Shown here one piece after another: positions 12,730-27,000 of a stretch of DNA of 64,000 bases. The DNA lies in the NCBI GenBank assembly GCA_028534125.1, contig CM052817.1, positions 36,148,001 through 36,212,000 of the forward strand, written 5' to 3'. The position numbers and the translations under genes are program-made. A model generated the notes under the pieces. That model did not search any database. It was not told the origin of the DNA and worked only from the letters and a program-made list of their open reading frames with translations. This DNA is from Lama glama (taxonomy: Eukaryota). The stretch's first letter is position 1, and each line of letters begins with the position of its first letter.

Positions 12730-15700
12730 GTAGGGTCATCTGATATTTGGATGATTTACTATTGGAAAAGCATACATAAGTTAGCTGAAATGAAAAGCAT
12801 GTAACCGCGTGGATGTATGGGTGGGAGCGAGAGCTACGTGTGCAGAAGTAACTGCATTTCTAAATGATCGAAAGTCCCTCCCCTGGCACAGGAATGTATC
12901 ACGTTAAATGTTGCCAAGAGTAATTGCAATCTAAGGAAGAAAATGTGCTTGCCCTTTATCATAGTGTCACCTTGCATTTCTTTTTTTTCTGTGTTTGACT
13001 CAACCCGAGTGCTGACATTCTAGGAGTGCCGACAGAGTGATGAGGAACTAACTGGTGTGCATTTAGGATTTGCTCTCAGTGTAACTAATCTTCCCCCCTA
13101 TACATGTCAACCATCTACCTCCTTCAGTAACTCTCCTTCCCGTTTTTCAAAAGGAATATTTTGATTTGCTTTGCTTCTGTGTCTGTTTTTATGGATACGT
13201 TTTTTAAATCCAGGTTAGCAAACATAAGGGGTTTGCTTATCAAAGAGAACACAGAATAACAAAGTGCTTCTTACTGAAAGCCTGTCATACCATGTTTGAG
13301 ACTGGTTTTTCTAGAGATTTTTTTTTCACAAAAACGTTAGAAATTCACTTCTGAGGAAGAAGAGGGTGTCCTGATCTTGTCAGAACTGTATTTCAGGCAG
13401 GCTCCTGCAGCAGCTCCGTCAAGCTGCTATTCTTTCATTATGCATGTGTCTGCATCCACACATATATCAGTGTGTATCCAAAATAAATGCCCATCTGCCT
13501 CTAGACTATATGTATGTTTGAAGACTCCAGAGGGAGAAATTGTGCTTCTGAATTCACGATAGCAGCCTGATTTAACGACTTAGCAGAGAATCACAACCAT
13601 TAAAAAAAAATCAATCTTTTAAAAAATCGCTTGGGTTTCCCTGTCTTCTTCCCCCGCCTTTTTTTAACCAGAAAGTCTTCATTATGTTAATGATCTTAGA
13701 TGAAAGACCAAAAGATGATCTAAAAAAGACTTCAAGGTGAAAAATAGGAGCCCCATTATGTGCCTTGCATCCAGGGCTTAGTGAAGTGAAAACAAACTGT
13801 TTTTTATTCTAATTCTCCTCTTTGCAATCTAAGAACATGTTCCATTTCTTTTCATATAATTAGGCAGTGGGTCTGAGATGTAGTCAGATCTTCCCAGCTC
13901 ATAATATGTCCACTGGGAAAAAATTCAGGGTTTTTTGTTGTTTTGTTTTTAAGTGATCCTTCCTGGGTAGTGTTTGTTGCTGTTCTTTTGTGTACTTTGA
14001 AATAATCAGATGTGCTTTTATTTCATACATTAAAAACAACCTTACCCCTCTCCTCAGAAAAGTCCCTGGTAGCCACTGTCACCCAAATTTAAAAAAAAGA
14101 ATAGCAAGCAAATGCTATATTTGGGTGTCAATAATAACGGCCTCTTCATATCTTAACATAAAGCTCTAGATAAGAACTAGGATTTTTGGTCCGAATTCAA
14201 ATTAGCCCCATTATCTTGATGATTTACTCAGAAAAGAGGCAGGTAGATTCCTCCTCCTCCTATTGAGATGGACTCAGGTGTTTGATTATTTTCATCTTGG
14301 TTAATCATAAATGTAGTCTCTTGCAGCACACTGAAAGAGGCTAAATATAAAGCTGAATTCTCTCCAGAGTGGTTGATAGCTAACTTAGAGTTTCCTTAAA
14401 ACTATTTCACTACTTAAAGAACTTTTTGCCAGAGAAAAAAAGTAATGGTATGACGGAACCAACATGTATTTTTTATTGAGAAACTTGATGAAATTTTTAA
14501 AGCTTATAGGAAGAAAAACTACATTTTAATAGGCTTGGGAATGTGAATTGTGTTATCCATGTAATTTCTGAAATGACTTGCTTTAACTTTTTGGGAGGCC
14601 AGTTACTGCATTTATCATTGCACTTGCGTGTCTCAGAAATCTACATGGATTCATTTCAAGGCTGTTTTGATCATTTGGTTACTGCTTTCAGTATATTTTT
14701 ATTTACTTATTTATTTTAAATGTCCAAGTTACATTACAGCAGTAATATAGCTGTCAGTATAATCAAGAAAAAGGAATTTTTTCCTAAAGAGTAGTTAAGA
14801 TGAAAGCAGTAAGTTCAACAATTAAAATACCACCTTTTTCTGTTGCTTCAGTGAGAAACAAAATGGTGGCTTTCCAGCAAGGAAAGAACTTTGCACCAAT
14901 TTAAACTGTGAATGTGAAACCAATGCAACAGATTATATAAACAAAGTAATAATTACCAAAACCATATGAGCCAGTATCCATCTGTAATTCTCCATCACTG
15001 GTCTCCAGACCACCATATAGTATAACCCCCTCTTTTTGGTTTGCTTGTTTGTTCTCTATCCCAAGCCATAGTTCATACTCTCTGATTCTCGCAGAATTGT
15101 AGAATATTAGTTGAGACAGGACTTAATGAGCAATATGCTGGTACTGACCTCTGCTGTGTGTATTCCCACGTAGAAATGATGTTTTCTAGCTTCTGGGGCA
15201 TATGGTATCAAGGAAACAAAAAGAGAAATGGAACTAGTAATAGATTCCATAGGCTACATAGAGTGGAACTCTCTCAAACTGAACGCAGGATCAGAGTCTA
15301 ATCATGCTGATTGACAGATCAGTTCTACATGCCTTATCCTTTTTTCCTCTAGCGTAGCCGTGTATTAGAGCACGTTATTTGACCTGTCCACGTGATGATG
15401 ATGGTTAGGGTTTCAACTCTGCAAAATTAAATGAATACACAACTCAAATGTGCTGGTCTTTGTTATTTAAAGCCCTTGAACATTGCGTAATTAGAATGTT
15501 CCTAATAAGCCAGTTCATGTTGATTTGGGGATACCACTTGTGGAAGTACTGAGATTTAAGCACTCAGCTAACTATTAGATTTGTCCTGGTGAAAATAAGT
15601 TTAAAAGAACATTTTTTAAAGAGCATAAAATAATTCAGATGTCTTTCGCATCACTTACTGCTTATTGAAAACAACTTCGGAAAGGAAATTCTCTTTAAAA

Positions 15701-15859
15701 ATGACAGAGAAGCAAAGGATCTTAAAAAGATCTCCCAATGGAACCTTCCCATTATAGACATCAGAAAGTTCAGGTCCAAAAAAGCAAAATGATGATTCGA
15801 GAGATAACAGAGTCTCCTGACTTCCACCCAGATGCCTCCTTCTAAGCAAGGCCAGTTAA

Positions 15860-16130
15860 GTGGATGGTAATGGTTAAGAGCCAGACACATGCTGGATTCA
15901 AATCCTGGCTCTCCTACTTAATCAGCTTTGTGGACAAGTAAGTCAACATGTATCAGTTTGGGCCTCAACTAGCCCATGTTTAAATAGGTATAACATTACG
16001 TAATAGGACATAATGGCTATAGTAGCATCTACTTAGCAAGTCTGTTGCAAGGATTAAATGAGCTATCATATGCAGAGTGCTCAGCACAGCCACGTGATAG
16101 GCACTATGTGAGTGTTATTTGATGTTATTA
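15860..16130 (+). mobile_element. MIR SINE
   Basis: ggttaagagc...ctggattcaaatcctggctct...aggattaaatgag...agtgctcagcacag. Confidence 0.8.
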
Positions 16131-19100
16131 CTATCTTCCATTAATGTGTCCAAGTATAGTTTCAGGGAAAAAAACAGACAAAAGTTTGCCTTTTTGAAAC
16201 CAGAGCCCAGTTCTACCTAGTGAGTATGGATGGCTCTCTGAACACATGAGAAAAATCGGTAATTACTAGGTCCATCTCAGCTCTACCAAGGACTAATTAT
16301 GTCATGCCAACCTCCTTTCTTTCTGTCTTTTTTTTTTCCAACTCTAGATCAGGGAGGTTGTGCATTTGAAAAGGCTCAGCGGGGTCTCGCCGGGGACTTG
16401 TGATAGCTTGTCACAGACACAGGAGGGGTGGAAGGCGGTCGGGAGGAGAGGGAATTAGTAACTGATGAGGAACCTACACGTCAACGTGCAGATTCCTGGG
16501 TCCAAATCAGCACGAACTGGGGAGCTCTCATTAGTCAAGTCCTCAGCCCTCCCGACTCCACACACTTTGGTGACTCAAATGGAGCACTGAGGGCCGGCTT
16601 ATTAAATGTGACAAATAGAAGCACAGCAGATTTATGGAATTTAAGGATTAAATTTGGATTGATAAAGCTGGCTACTAAGGTTCCCTCTGACACTGATAGT
16701 TGGGCAAGACTATTGGAACAATGTAATAGGACAGCCATTGTTCTAAGGTTAAATTTTGGGACCCTAAGGAAGATTTGATGGAAGGATTCCCCCAGGAAGG
16801 GCCCTTCCCCACCCCGTGGGGCTTATATGTTTCTGTATCTGGGCTGTGGAAGAACCTCCCTGAAAGACCGCATGGCAGCGTGCCAAGTGGCAATGACTCT
16901 AAAGGACATAAACAGAGACAGAGATGAGACGGGAAAGCATCAGCTCCCTTAGTTCTGTGCAGATTTCTTAGAAATAAATCATCTCAGTAGCCAATCTTCT
17001 TTTGTGTAGTAAATGGATCCAGCCGGCTAAGCAGAGAGGAGCGGTGTCCCTGTGATCACATTAGCATTAGTCAGAGCCGCGGTCCCTCTTCCCACAGTGA
17101 CACTCCTTTATTTCCATGTGTGCTGTAGTGTCGGAACTGGAACCCCCTCAGGACCTATTATTTTTTATTACTAAGGTAATAAAAGCATCCAGCTTTTATC
17201 TCTGTTACTTCTGTGATGTCAGCTAACCTGGGTGGATTAATTTTTAATAGACATGCCATACTTACGTCCAGAGTCCTTTGTGACGACCGTACCCGGGGAA
17301 TTCTGGTCCAGATGCGAAAACGCATTTGTTTTATGTGGTCCTTTAAGATGAAAATCCAGTTCAAAGCCTCAGATCTTTTCTGTTTTCCTTTTGAATCATT
17401 TTCTTGCAGTTCCCTTTTCGGTTTCATTGCTCCAGAACTACTGATTAAAATATAATGTATTTCCCAAGCCAGCACTTGGGGATGGTTTAGTCAATACATC
17501 CTCAAACTGGGTCTCTACGCAGGTGGACATGCTATCCTGGACCACACTGTTGTTTTTGGTTTGTTTATGTCATTCTCTTTGAGTTGAGATAGCCTTGTAT
17601 TCTTAGATCATTTCAAACTAAAATAGAGGAATAGCTGGTCTTACTAATTCTGTAGTTTTATTGAACTATGTATTACATGTAATTCTGTAACTCTTTTGAA
17701 TAGGAGCCTTAAATGATCAGGCTGTGTAGAATAAAAGGACAGAGAGAAAAAGGAGAGAGAAATATAAGCATTTCACATGGCATAGGTGAGAAACTTCACC
17801 TCTGTTCTACCTGCAGCTAATGATGAAATGTATCTTTTTATTTTGTTGAGGTTGAAATTCATAATGGTCTCATATTTCTCATTTTTACATAAGTGAATTT
17901 AAGAGACGGTGTCACCCATAAGCTAAAATTTCTTCAGCCATGTACTTCATAGATACCACTGGTGACACTAGGAAAAGGACACATTTGGTCTTCTTGTCAG
18001 TGAAGTGTTGGGTCAGGAATGGAGCCGCAAAGACAGCTGTGTTAACAAAAAAGAAATCAGCGGGATATTAGCCATGAAGCATCAGGTAGGCACAGTTCAG
18101 TTGCAGGATTAGTATTTTATAATTAATTCAGGATCAGAAGATTTTTTTTTTACTGAGATGTATTTGGTTAGTAGTCACAAACATATAGTGTATTTGCAAA
18201 AATTTTGGTACACTGAGATCACATAGTTAAACAATTTAAAGCATAGGTTAATTGTGGTAGTTTTTAAGAGCTCTTCTGCTAGATTCAGACAGATTAAAGG
18301 GCTTCATGATCTAAAGAACACCTTTTCAAACTAAGGTTTGATGAGTAGAAATGTCAAACTAGCCAGCACACTCACACGCCAGTGTCAACATCAGACTTTG
18401 TTTTGCAGATGGCCTCTGTCCCCCACCAACCACCGAGCCCTTCCCGGGGTTCTGCTGCTTTGCCCTGCAGTGAGAGGGCTGCCTGCTGCATTGTTATTCC
18501 AGCCATCTTAACCCTTTCCCTGTCGTGGCTCCACTGATTTTAGTTCTTACAGAAAATTACTGCTGTCTTATGAAATGCCATGAAAGAGAAGGTGTCATCT
18601 TGTTAGTTTAATAGTTCCACTTTCTGCAGCTGTATTTTACTGTTTTTCCAGGGATCACTTTCCACACAGCCTCTCCTTCCCTCATCTCCCCTCACCCCTC
18701 AGCCCACCTGCCATTTTCCTTTTGGCAGTTCCAGTCTGAGCTCTTCATATCTGAGCCCCGCCACTTAGGAGAAGCCAGCCGATCACGTTTGCACAAACGA
18801 TGAACAACTTTTCATCTCTCGTTTTAGCCAGATCTACCTATAAGCATGCTCTCGGCTGCTTTTTGAGACCCAATAGGGAAGACTCTGTCTTTCACACTGC
18901 TTTCATTTTTCAGAGTATTTATATTATCATCTGTGTTCCCAGATAATTTGATTGTCTTTCACTTTTGAGAACCTGTGGACATCATATCACATGCAGTTAA
19001 CGTTTTTTTTAATTAAAGTGCTTAACTCTCCTCCTACACTGCGGGGTCTTAAAACAGTTTGAGACGATCGCCCTTGTTCTTGAAGCGCCTGGCACGTCCT

Positions 19101-19275
19101 AAGCTGAAGCAGTGTCCTGGAGGGCAGGAGGCTGAGTGTCCAGACCCAGTGCTTGTCGTTGATTAGATGTTTGCTCTTGTCTTCCTTAGGTTTCAGTTTC
19201 CTTATCTGTAATCTGTTGGGATGAAATCAGTGGTTCTCAGACTTGACTGCATTTTGGATCACTTGGGAAGCTTTT

Positions 19276-19277
<2 letters not shown>

Positions 19278-19315
<38 letters not shown>
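19278..19315. repeat. (GT)~19 microsatellite
   Basis: Perfect dinucleotide run. Confidence 0.97.
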
Positions 19316-19318
<3 letters not shown>

Positions 19319-19322
19319 ATAC

Positions 19323-19376
19323 ATATCTGGACCCTCACCTCAAAATTCTATATCTGGACCCTCACCTCAAAATTCT
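19323..19376. repeat. Perfect 27-bp tandem duplication
   Basis: ATATCTGGACCCTCACCTCAAAATTCT occurs twice in tandem. Confidence 0.95.
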
Positions 19377-20566
19377 GTCTAACTGGGTGGTGTGAGGACC
19401 TGTACATTAAGAGTTGTTTATATTTCCCTCCGTGATCCTAACATGCAGCCAGGGTTGAAAAATCACTAGATTAGGTGATGTATGAAGTTTTAACCAGCTT
19501 TAATGTTCTCTGATCTCAATATGATCTCTTTAAATGAAATAATTCAGTAAGCACTTGTTTTAGATAATTTTATAGATTTTATAAATACTTGAAGATTGTT
19601 CCATGATTCAAACTGTAGGAATCCCAGAATTTAAGATCATGGTCAAATTCCAGCCCTGTGTAAATCACAGTATCCACAAGTGCATTTAAAGCATAACTTA
19701 TTTTAATGAAAAGAGTGTTACAAATGAAATACCCTATATCATCTGAAATCTGTCCTTAAACTATGTTAGATAGGACTTTTTTAATGAGGAAAGGAATACA
19801 TTGAGGTAGGTCTTGTAGTAAAAAGAAAAAACTATCAGTGCATTCCTTCCTGACATGACACATCAGGATTTTGTGCTAGGTTTTTTTCTTAAAGTTTGTC
19901 TAAAATAATTCATACTGGTTTGTCCTTTTAAGGCATTTTTTTTTCTTTTTTGACTGATTTGTGTATATATCTTACTTTAGCTGCAGTCTGAAGTAGTTTC
20001 TCAGGTTTCAAGTACAGAGCATGCATTTTACACATGCTAAATCCCAACCCGCTAAGCAGAAGCACACAAAACAGCTTACTGAATGACCTCCACAGAGGGT
20101 GCAAACTCCTAAATAAATGGGCTTTCGCAAGATTGTGATTCCTTAGCCTGATTTCTTAGTTGTTTCAGTGAAGGATGTACAGCCATGATGCCAGACCCCT
20201 CCCTCCCTGACACACATGCATTTCTGTTCCATAACGCCCTCACCTGGAGGAGTTCTTGTCAGTGATCTGCAGGGGAGGTTGGAAGCACACACCACTGGCT
20301 GTCCTTTTCCAAGGCTGTTCCTCAGTGCAGCCCTAGTGAATTCTCTTTTGAAAGCAAGTGAGGATGGAGATAGAAGGTAGATGATGGCTGTCAGGTAGAT
20401 TTGGTGATTCTGGTCAGGGCACAGCCTCCCGAGTCTGAGCCTTAAATCTACCATGTAAAACCGTTCAATGCCCCCTAAACTCAGTGCCTCCCAATGCACT
20501 CGGAAAACTTAGGCAACAACTGTGCTTTAAAGAACAATGTTGCCCTCTTACCCTTGTTATTTCCAG

Positions 20567-20780
20567 AGCCCATCCCGGCTTTCTCCTCGTGGCCCCATGA
20601 GAACGTGGACGCTGACGAAGCGCGCCTCTCCCCGCAGGCGGGGCGCCTGATTCGGCAGCTCCTGGATGAGGACAGCGACCCCATGCTGTCTCCCCGCTTC
20701 TATGCCTACGGACAGAGCCGGCAATACCTGGACGACACTGAAGTGCCTCCTTCTCCCCCCAATTCCCATTCCTTCATGAG
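20567..20780 (+). CDS. FAM13A: FAM13A coding exon (PIPAFSSW...PPSPPNSHSFM)
   Basis: tttccag| acceptor, GAG|gtacgt donor, 214 nt; within ORF 20494-20802. Confidence 0.97.
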
Positions 20781-21284
20781 GTACGTTTCTTTATGTTGCT
20801 GATTCGCAGATTCATCGTCCCTGTAACAGGAGGAAGGATAGGACTGTTGCTGATGGCCAGTAATTTTTTTTTCATTGAGTTGTAAGTATAGGGAGGAACA
20901 TATTTGAAAGCCTCCGTCCTAGTACACAGGCTCCGTTGTAATCTTCCACTTGACCTGTGGCCCAGCTACAGCATCACAGACTGAATTTCCATGAGCACCT
21001 CCCTTCCAAAGCGCTCTCAGATTTAACTTGGAGGCCCGTTGTGCACATTTCAGTCCTAGGTTTCCCAAGTGTAAAAAGTGCGCTGGAGAAGATTGGACCT
21101 ATTTAATAGGGAGGACATACAGAGGTCAAGGTCACAAAATGAATTGGCCGTCAGCTTTCTTTTATTTGAGAAGACGGACCCCGTTTGGATCCCCGCCCCC
21201 GCCTTGCCGCATCCCTCATCCTCAGAGCCCCTCTCAGCGGCCGCGCACGCTAGTGGGAAGCTGACCCATGTTGTGCCCTCACAG

Positions 21285-21423
21285 GCGCCGCAGCTCCTCC
21301 CTGGGCTCCTACGACGATGAGCAAGAGGACCTGACACCTGTCCAGCTCACGCGAAGGATTCAGAGCCTTAAAAAGAAGATCCGAAAGTTTGAAGACAGAT
21401 TCGAAGAAGAGAGGAAGTACAGG
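21285..21423 (+). CDS. FAM13A: FAM13A coding exon (RRSSSLGSYDDE...KFEDRFEEERKYR)
   Basis: cctcacag| acceptor, AGG|gtaagg donor, 139 nt. Confidence 0.97.
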
Positions 21424-22132
21424 GTAAGGCCTCCCCTCGGGTTCTCTTTGTTCCCGCCCTCCCCTGACGCGGGGCCAGCGCATCAACAGCTCAGAGAAGT
21501 GATAACGGCGAAGGGAGATTTCCAGGGAATCTCACAACAGAAAGGCAGTACAAACTGGGGAATAAACCTGATTAACCCCAGACATCATGGATCAGCATTT
21601 TGCTTGCCCAAGTGTATCCTTAGCAAGTGAATTGAATGCTTTCGTCAATGTTTACAACTTAATTCGTGAGCAGAGATAGGAGAAATCATTTAATGGAGTC
21701 TTTTGTTTGGCTAAAATCTTAATTCAAGATTATCTTCTAAAATTTTATTAGTACGAACCTCATTCTACTCTCTTTAGCATTTCCCACAAGAGTGGCAAAA
21801 AGGCATTTTTCTTGGTTACTGTAATGTGAAATATCACATACCTCTCTGCTTTCTGTTCTGTTAGCCTGAACAGTCCAAATCACGGTAAAGGGACCATGGA
21901 CCATATAGAAGTCCATGATCATGAAAATTTCACATTTTGCCTCTGAGAAATTCTTGGAAAGTATCAAAAATAACCAAATGTAAAGAAGGATAATGGAATT
22001 ACACCTGTGAAGTTGCTCTGATTGACTGTGGTTCATTTATTATTCCACTGGGACTCAACTTTTCCTTCCTGTAAGCAAACTCATGGTCAAACTCTTCTTT
22101 TTCCTGCCACAATTCCAAAACACTTACTCTAG

Positions 22133-22234
<102 letters not shown>

Positions 22235-23079
22235 TAAAGTTCTAGACCGATGGCATGGTCTCCAGACAACAAGCCAGGTGCAGAAGCCACCATCTCACTG
22301 CATGTTAAGTGCCACTCACCACTAAAATATTCCAAGAAAAATAAGTTCCCTGAAGCTGCTTCCCAGGGCTCTCTGTATTCAGGAGACACTTCCCCCCATG
22401 TCTTCCCATGGCTCCAGTCGCAGGGGAACCCAGATCAGCTAAGGTGCAAAATCTGCAGCATTTTTTTATTTCCCTAAATCTCCAGCATAATGATGATGGT
22501 TTCAACTCAACACTTACTAGGTACTTGTTTAATCCAAGGCTGTATGTATTTGCCATGGAGTTAGGAGAAGACATATTGACACTGATGAAAATGAAAAGGG
22601 TTTGGTCCCTGTCCCTCAAAGAGCTTGCTGTCTTTTCAGAGATAGAGACATGCAAACAACTAAATAGAACATAAAGTGAAAATCATTCCAAAATGAGGTT
22701 TATAAGCCATACAGACAAAGTTGGCCAATACTTGGGCGCTCAATCTGTAAATACCTGTGGATGGCAAGGGAATCAGGATAGGAGGACATCCTCCACATTC
22801 TGAGAACAGTGGACAGGTTGGGGTGGCTAAAACCTGGATGCTAAAGAGCTAAAGCTTTCTCAGGAATTAGGGTTAGGAAAACATTCCAGATAATCCAGGA
22901 AGACACGATCATTTTCTTGGGTTACATAATAACCCAGGGATTTCTACTAATATTATAATTAGATACTTTCTGGAGGGAAAAAAGACGGGGCTAAGCAGTT
23001 GTTAACACCACAGAAAAACAGTCTGGGTTCAGCAGACATCAGTTCCCATATGTCTCCACCCCTAACTCTTTCCGGCTAG

Positions 23080-23300
23080 AGTCAAAACTGAAGATATCAG
23101 AAGAGGACCTAACCCCCAGGATGCGGCAGCGAAGCAACACGCTCCCCAAGAGTTTTGGTTCCCAGCTTGAGAAAGAGGATGAGAAGAAGCAAGAGCTGGT
23201 AGATAAAGCAATAAAGCCGAGTGTGGAGGCCACACTGGAATCTATTCAGAGGAAGCTCCAGGAGAAGCGGGTGGAAACCAGCCGTCCTGAGGATATTAAG
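23080..23300 (+). CDS. FAM13A: FAM13A coding exon (SKLKISEEDL...RQRSNTLPKSF...RPEDIK)
   Basis: cctaac branch-like motif and ggctag| acceptor, AAG|gtgtga donor, 221 nt. Confidence 0.97.
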
Positions 23301-23952
23301 GTGTGATTCTCTGAAGGCCCCAAGCTAACTGCTAATCCTCAAGCATTCCAGTCAGCCTGGTGGAAATTCAGGGCATGCCCCAGGATCCCAGTGGGAAGGG
23401 CGATAGAGCAGTGCCTTTTTAGACCTCCCACCCCCTCATCTTCCACACTCCGTGCTGTCCTGAGATGCAAATGAAACAACCCCAGAGAGTGTTAGCTGTA
23501 GGCACTTTGGGTTTTGACTACCCACTAAAGTGAAAGCAGAAAACCCTATCATACAGGTTGCAGAAGGGACTTGTTTAGGTTAATAGACTGGTGACTCTCT
23601 GAGGTGGGAGGATTATAGACAAACCTTTGGGAATGTGTTTCCTGCAGCTGTAGTCATTGCTTCAGCCATTAGGCTAAGCCCTGTGTGCCTCACAGCCTGG
23701 CTTACCTGAGTATTCAGCATGCCTTTGCTGTCTCTGGGGAGGTGAGTACCAGTAGGCAATGCTTCTGTGAAGCTATATTTCTAGCAAGAGGTCAGGAATA
23801 GCTCATGCTCATGCCTGTAGTGAGCTTTGGGTAGAGCTAGGGAGAGCAGTTATCTAAGATTCTTTTTAACTTTGGAAAATTTGTGTAACAAAAGTTGGGC
23901 TGTTCGTAAGTGTTTTCCCCTCTCTCATTTCTCTATCCTTGTGTTCATACAG

Positions 23953-24036
23953 GATATGACCAAAGACCAGATTGCTAATGAGAAAGTAGCCCTGCAGAAA
24001 GCTCTGCTGTATTACGAAAGCATTCATGGACGGCCG
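23953..24036 (+). CDS. FAM13A: FAM13A coding exon (DMTKDQIANEKVALQKALLYYESIHGRP)
   Basis: catacag| acceptor, CCG|gtatgt donor, 84 nt, phase 0-0. Confidence 0.97.
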
Positions 24037-27000
24037 GTATGTGAGTGTGCTGAATTTTCTGTGGGGGTCAATTACCTGGCTTTAGAAATGGATCTTCTGT
24101 GTTCAGTATTTTGCAGATGAAGTTCCCTGATGTTTAAATTACTGTATACATTCACCAAAACTCAGCTTTCTGAAGGCTAACCCTATGATAAGAGTTCCGC
24201 CTATCTCACAGGTGCTGAATCTAATTACACTCCAAAGGAAAATTAGCTGGCAAATAAAATGTAGTCACTAGTGTTCTGCTTTAAGGGGAAAATGGTGGAG
24301 GGGAGTGTGAATTGGTCCACAGAGCCTTAGAGTGAGGACACTTGCCTGTCCCTCAGTCTACCCCTGTAAGTTGTCACTGGCTCTAGGCGTTCTGATCCAT
24401 AAAAAGAAGGCGCTAAACTAAAATGATCTGCCCTCACATTCAGTTTCCTTGTAGTGCAGTTTGCAGCCAGTGTCTGTCTGTAGAGATATTCCAGCTGCCA
24501 TCGAGAACCAAAAAGTGTGAGGAATCCAAAATACGGCTTTGCCTTTTTATAACAGCAGGGAACATTTGAAGCAGTTTGTTTTTCAGCAAGTGCGTTTATT
24601 GAGCGCTTGTTGTCAGTCCTGGGGGAGGCAGTAGAAGGACAGGCTTCTGCTCCAGTCCTCAGGGACCGTGTAATCAGAGCCTTGTCAGTGACTCTTAGTA
24701 ACCTCTGTTAGGAACACGTGTTCTTAAGAGCAGGTATAAAGAAGCATGAATTTATGTTCACAGGTGGATTTTTCATATCGCCAAAAGGCCTAGATCTCTT
24801 TTCCAGTCTCAGCCATAGCTGTATAATCGAGATAGTCTTTTCATCAAAAATATGCTCTTTTAAGTAAGGAAGCTTCCAGAATAATGCACTCAACTGTGAT
24901 GGCAGGGATTCTGGGTTTTGTTTACATGATGATAAACCTGAACCTCAGTGTCTAGCCCAAGACCCGACACATAGTATGTGCCCAGTAAACTCTCTGTCCA
25001 TTGATCCTCCATGGTATTTTGGTTCTGAATGTGTGAGGTTTAAATTTAAAAATAAACAGCTAGAGCTTTGCTGATTGATTTTGCTGGCCCATCCCTGCAG
25101 TGGAAAAACACTGGCACTCTGGGATAATGGTCATATTTCAATCCAAGTTTTGTTTGGATTTCTTTTTAAAGGCATTGGACCAAACAGTAACTGCACTGGA
25201 GCTCAAATGTATTGTGAAACTTTGTCCTTCTCTTCTGGGGTATTCAGAACTTGGAGCGATAGAACTGAACTCTTCTAGCAGAGGGAACCCCTTCCCCACT
25301 GCAGGCTGAGCCTGTAAGTGCAGATCTCCTTGCTGACACCAGGCCGGCCTCGGTGACGGAGGAGGGACTTGTGTGCCTTCCTTCTTTTCACTGTGTGGAT
25401 TCAGGTTATGAATCCTTGAAAGACTCCCTGGCCTGTGGCCCCCAGGATCCCTCAACTGCATTCTAGTCTTCACCTTACTGCCAGTTCAGGGGTTTGTGTG
25501 GCGGGGTATTTGTTGCTCTGAGGAGGGCACAGAGGCTCTCGTTCTGCCTGGGGTGTGGCAGTGTGCAGGCCCTGGGAGAGCCCAGCCAGGACCCAAACCT
25601 CAGCCCTGCTAAGACTAGCTCTGTGGCTCTGGGCCGCTTAGGTAACTCTCCGAGCCTCAGTGCTTTGTCTGTGTAATAGATGTCTGCTGTAGGTTGTCAT
25701 GGAGACTAGGTGACATTACACACACACACACATTTACCTGTAGGCTGTCTGGCACTGAGAAGGTAGGGCAGAGTGGCTTTGGGGGGATTCCTCAGTGAAT
25801 GACAGGTTTCGCTTCTGTTACAATTCTATGTTCTGCCCTCTGCTGCCTCCTTATTAAAGGATTGAATCAGGAGAAGTGTGCATTTTTTAGCATTCTTATC
25901 ATTAGAAATATGAAATATTAATTCTCAGCCCTTTCTTTCATCATTCTTTCAGATGAAGGAAGAGCACTTTTGGGCTCTGGATTTTAGCATCTCTTAGGGC
26001 AGGGGACCAATGCTCTGCGAAGTTCGAGTGTCATTTATTCCTGGGCCCAGGTCAGACTCTCTGCCTCTCTCTGAAACATGGTACTCCAGCCTCCTCAGGA
26101 AAAGCAGAGTTCACTTGATATCTGGCCAGTCTGAAAATCAAAGAGTGGAATTTCCATTCTTAGATCTGTGGTGTCACCATGGACCCCGGACTTGTAAATA
26201 CCATTTGGGCAACACTCCTCTTAAAAGAAAAGTACGTAAGCTTGCAGAGATAAAGTGTCATTCCAAACCCCAAGTTTTTCTAGCAAAGCAGATGCTTAGA
26301 GCCTGCTGGTTTTTCCTGAGTCTGCAGATTCTGGTTTAAAAGGACACTAACACTCCTAATCACAGGCCAAAACAATTATCTGCTACTTTCGTACACTTTT
26401 TCAACAAGGCTGTTTGCTTTAACAGGATATCCTACAGACAAGGACATGTATGGAAAACTGACATGCTCATTTACATACCTGCCCTAGGAATTATTATTAA
26501 AGGGTGTCCTTTTCAACATTTTAGGGTCTCATCAGAACACCGCATCACAGAACCAGTGCAGCTCTCCACGTAACCTTTTCAGACCTCGATGGTGGTGTAA
26601 ATGGGAGACTGGGTGGCTTGCTCAGAGCTTCTGGGTCCTCACTGATATATTTTAGTCTTGGGTTTTAAAACCCAGGAACTAACATGACACTAAACATACC
26701 ATGTTCAAATTTAAATACAAATTCTAAAGCAGATTTATATAAATACTATCGTTTAGTTATCTGCTGTTTGGGATTATCTGATCTTTGCACAGTCAGCCTA
26801 CTTGTTTTTACCCAATAAAACAGAAGAGAGAGTCATTTTCCAAATCAGCCATTATAAGAATCCATCTCATTTGTCTTCTCTCACTAGCAGTCCTTTAATT
26901 CAGAGGTACCCATCCCCACACAAATTCAGACCACTTTTTGTTGTACTGATGAGATTTGGGGGCAGTGTCATTTCTTGTCATCTGTCTGAGGCATAATCTC

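Larger units (their letters stand above)
19229..19468. mobile_element. MER5-like hAT-Charlie MITE
   Basis: Termini cagtggttctca...gttgaaaaatcact; internal gtgatcctaacatgcagccagggttga. Confidence 0.75.
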
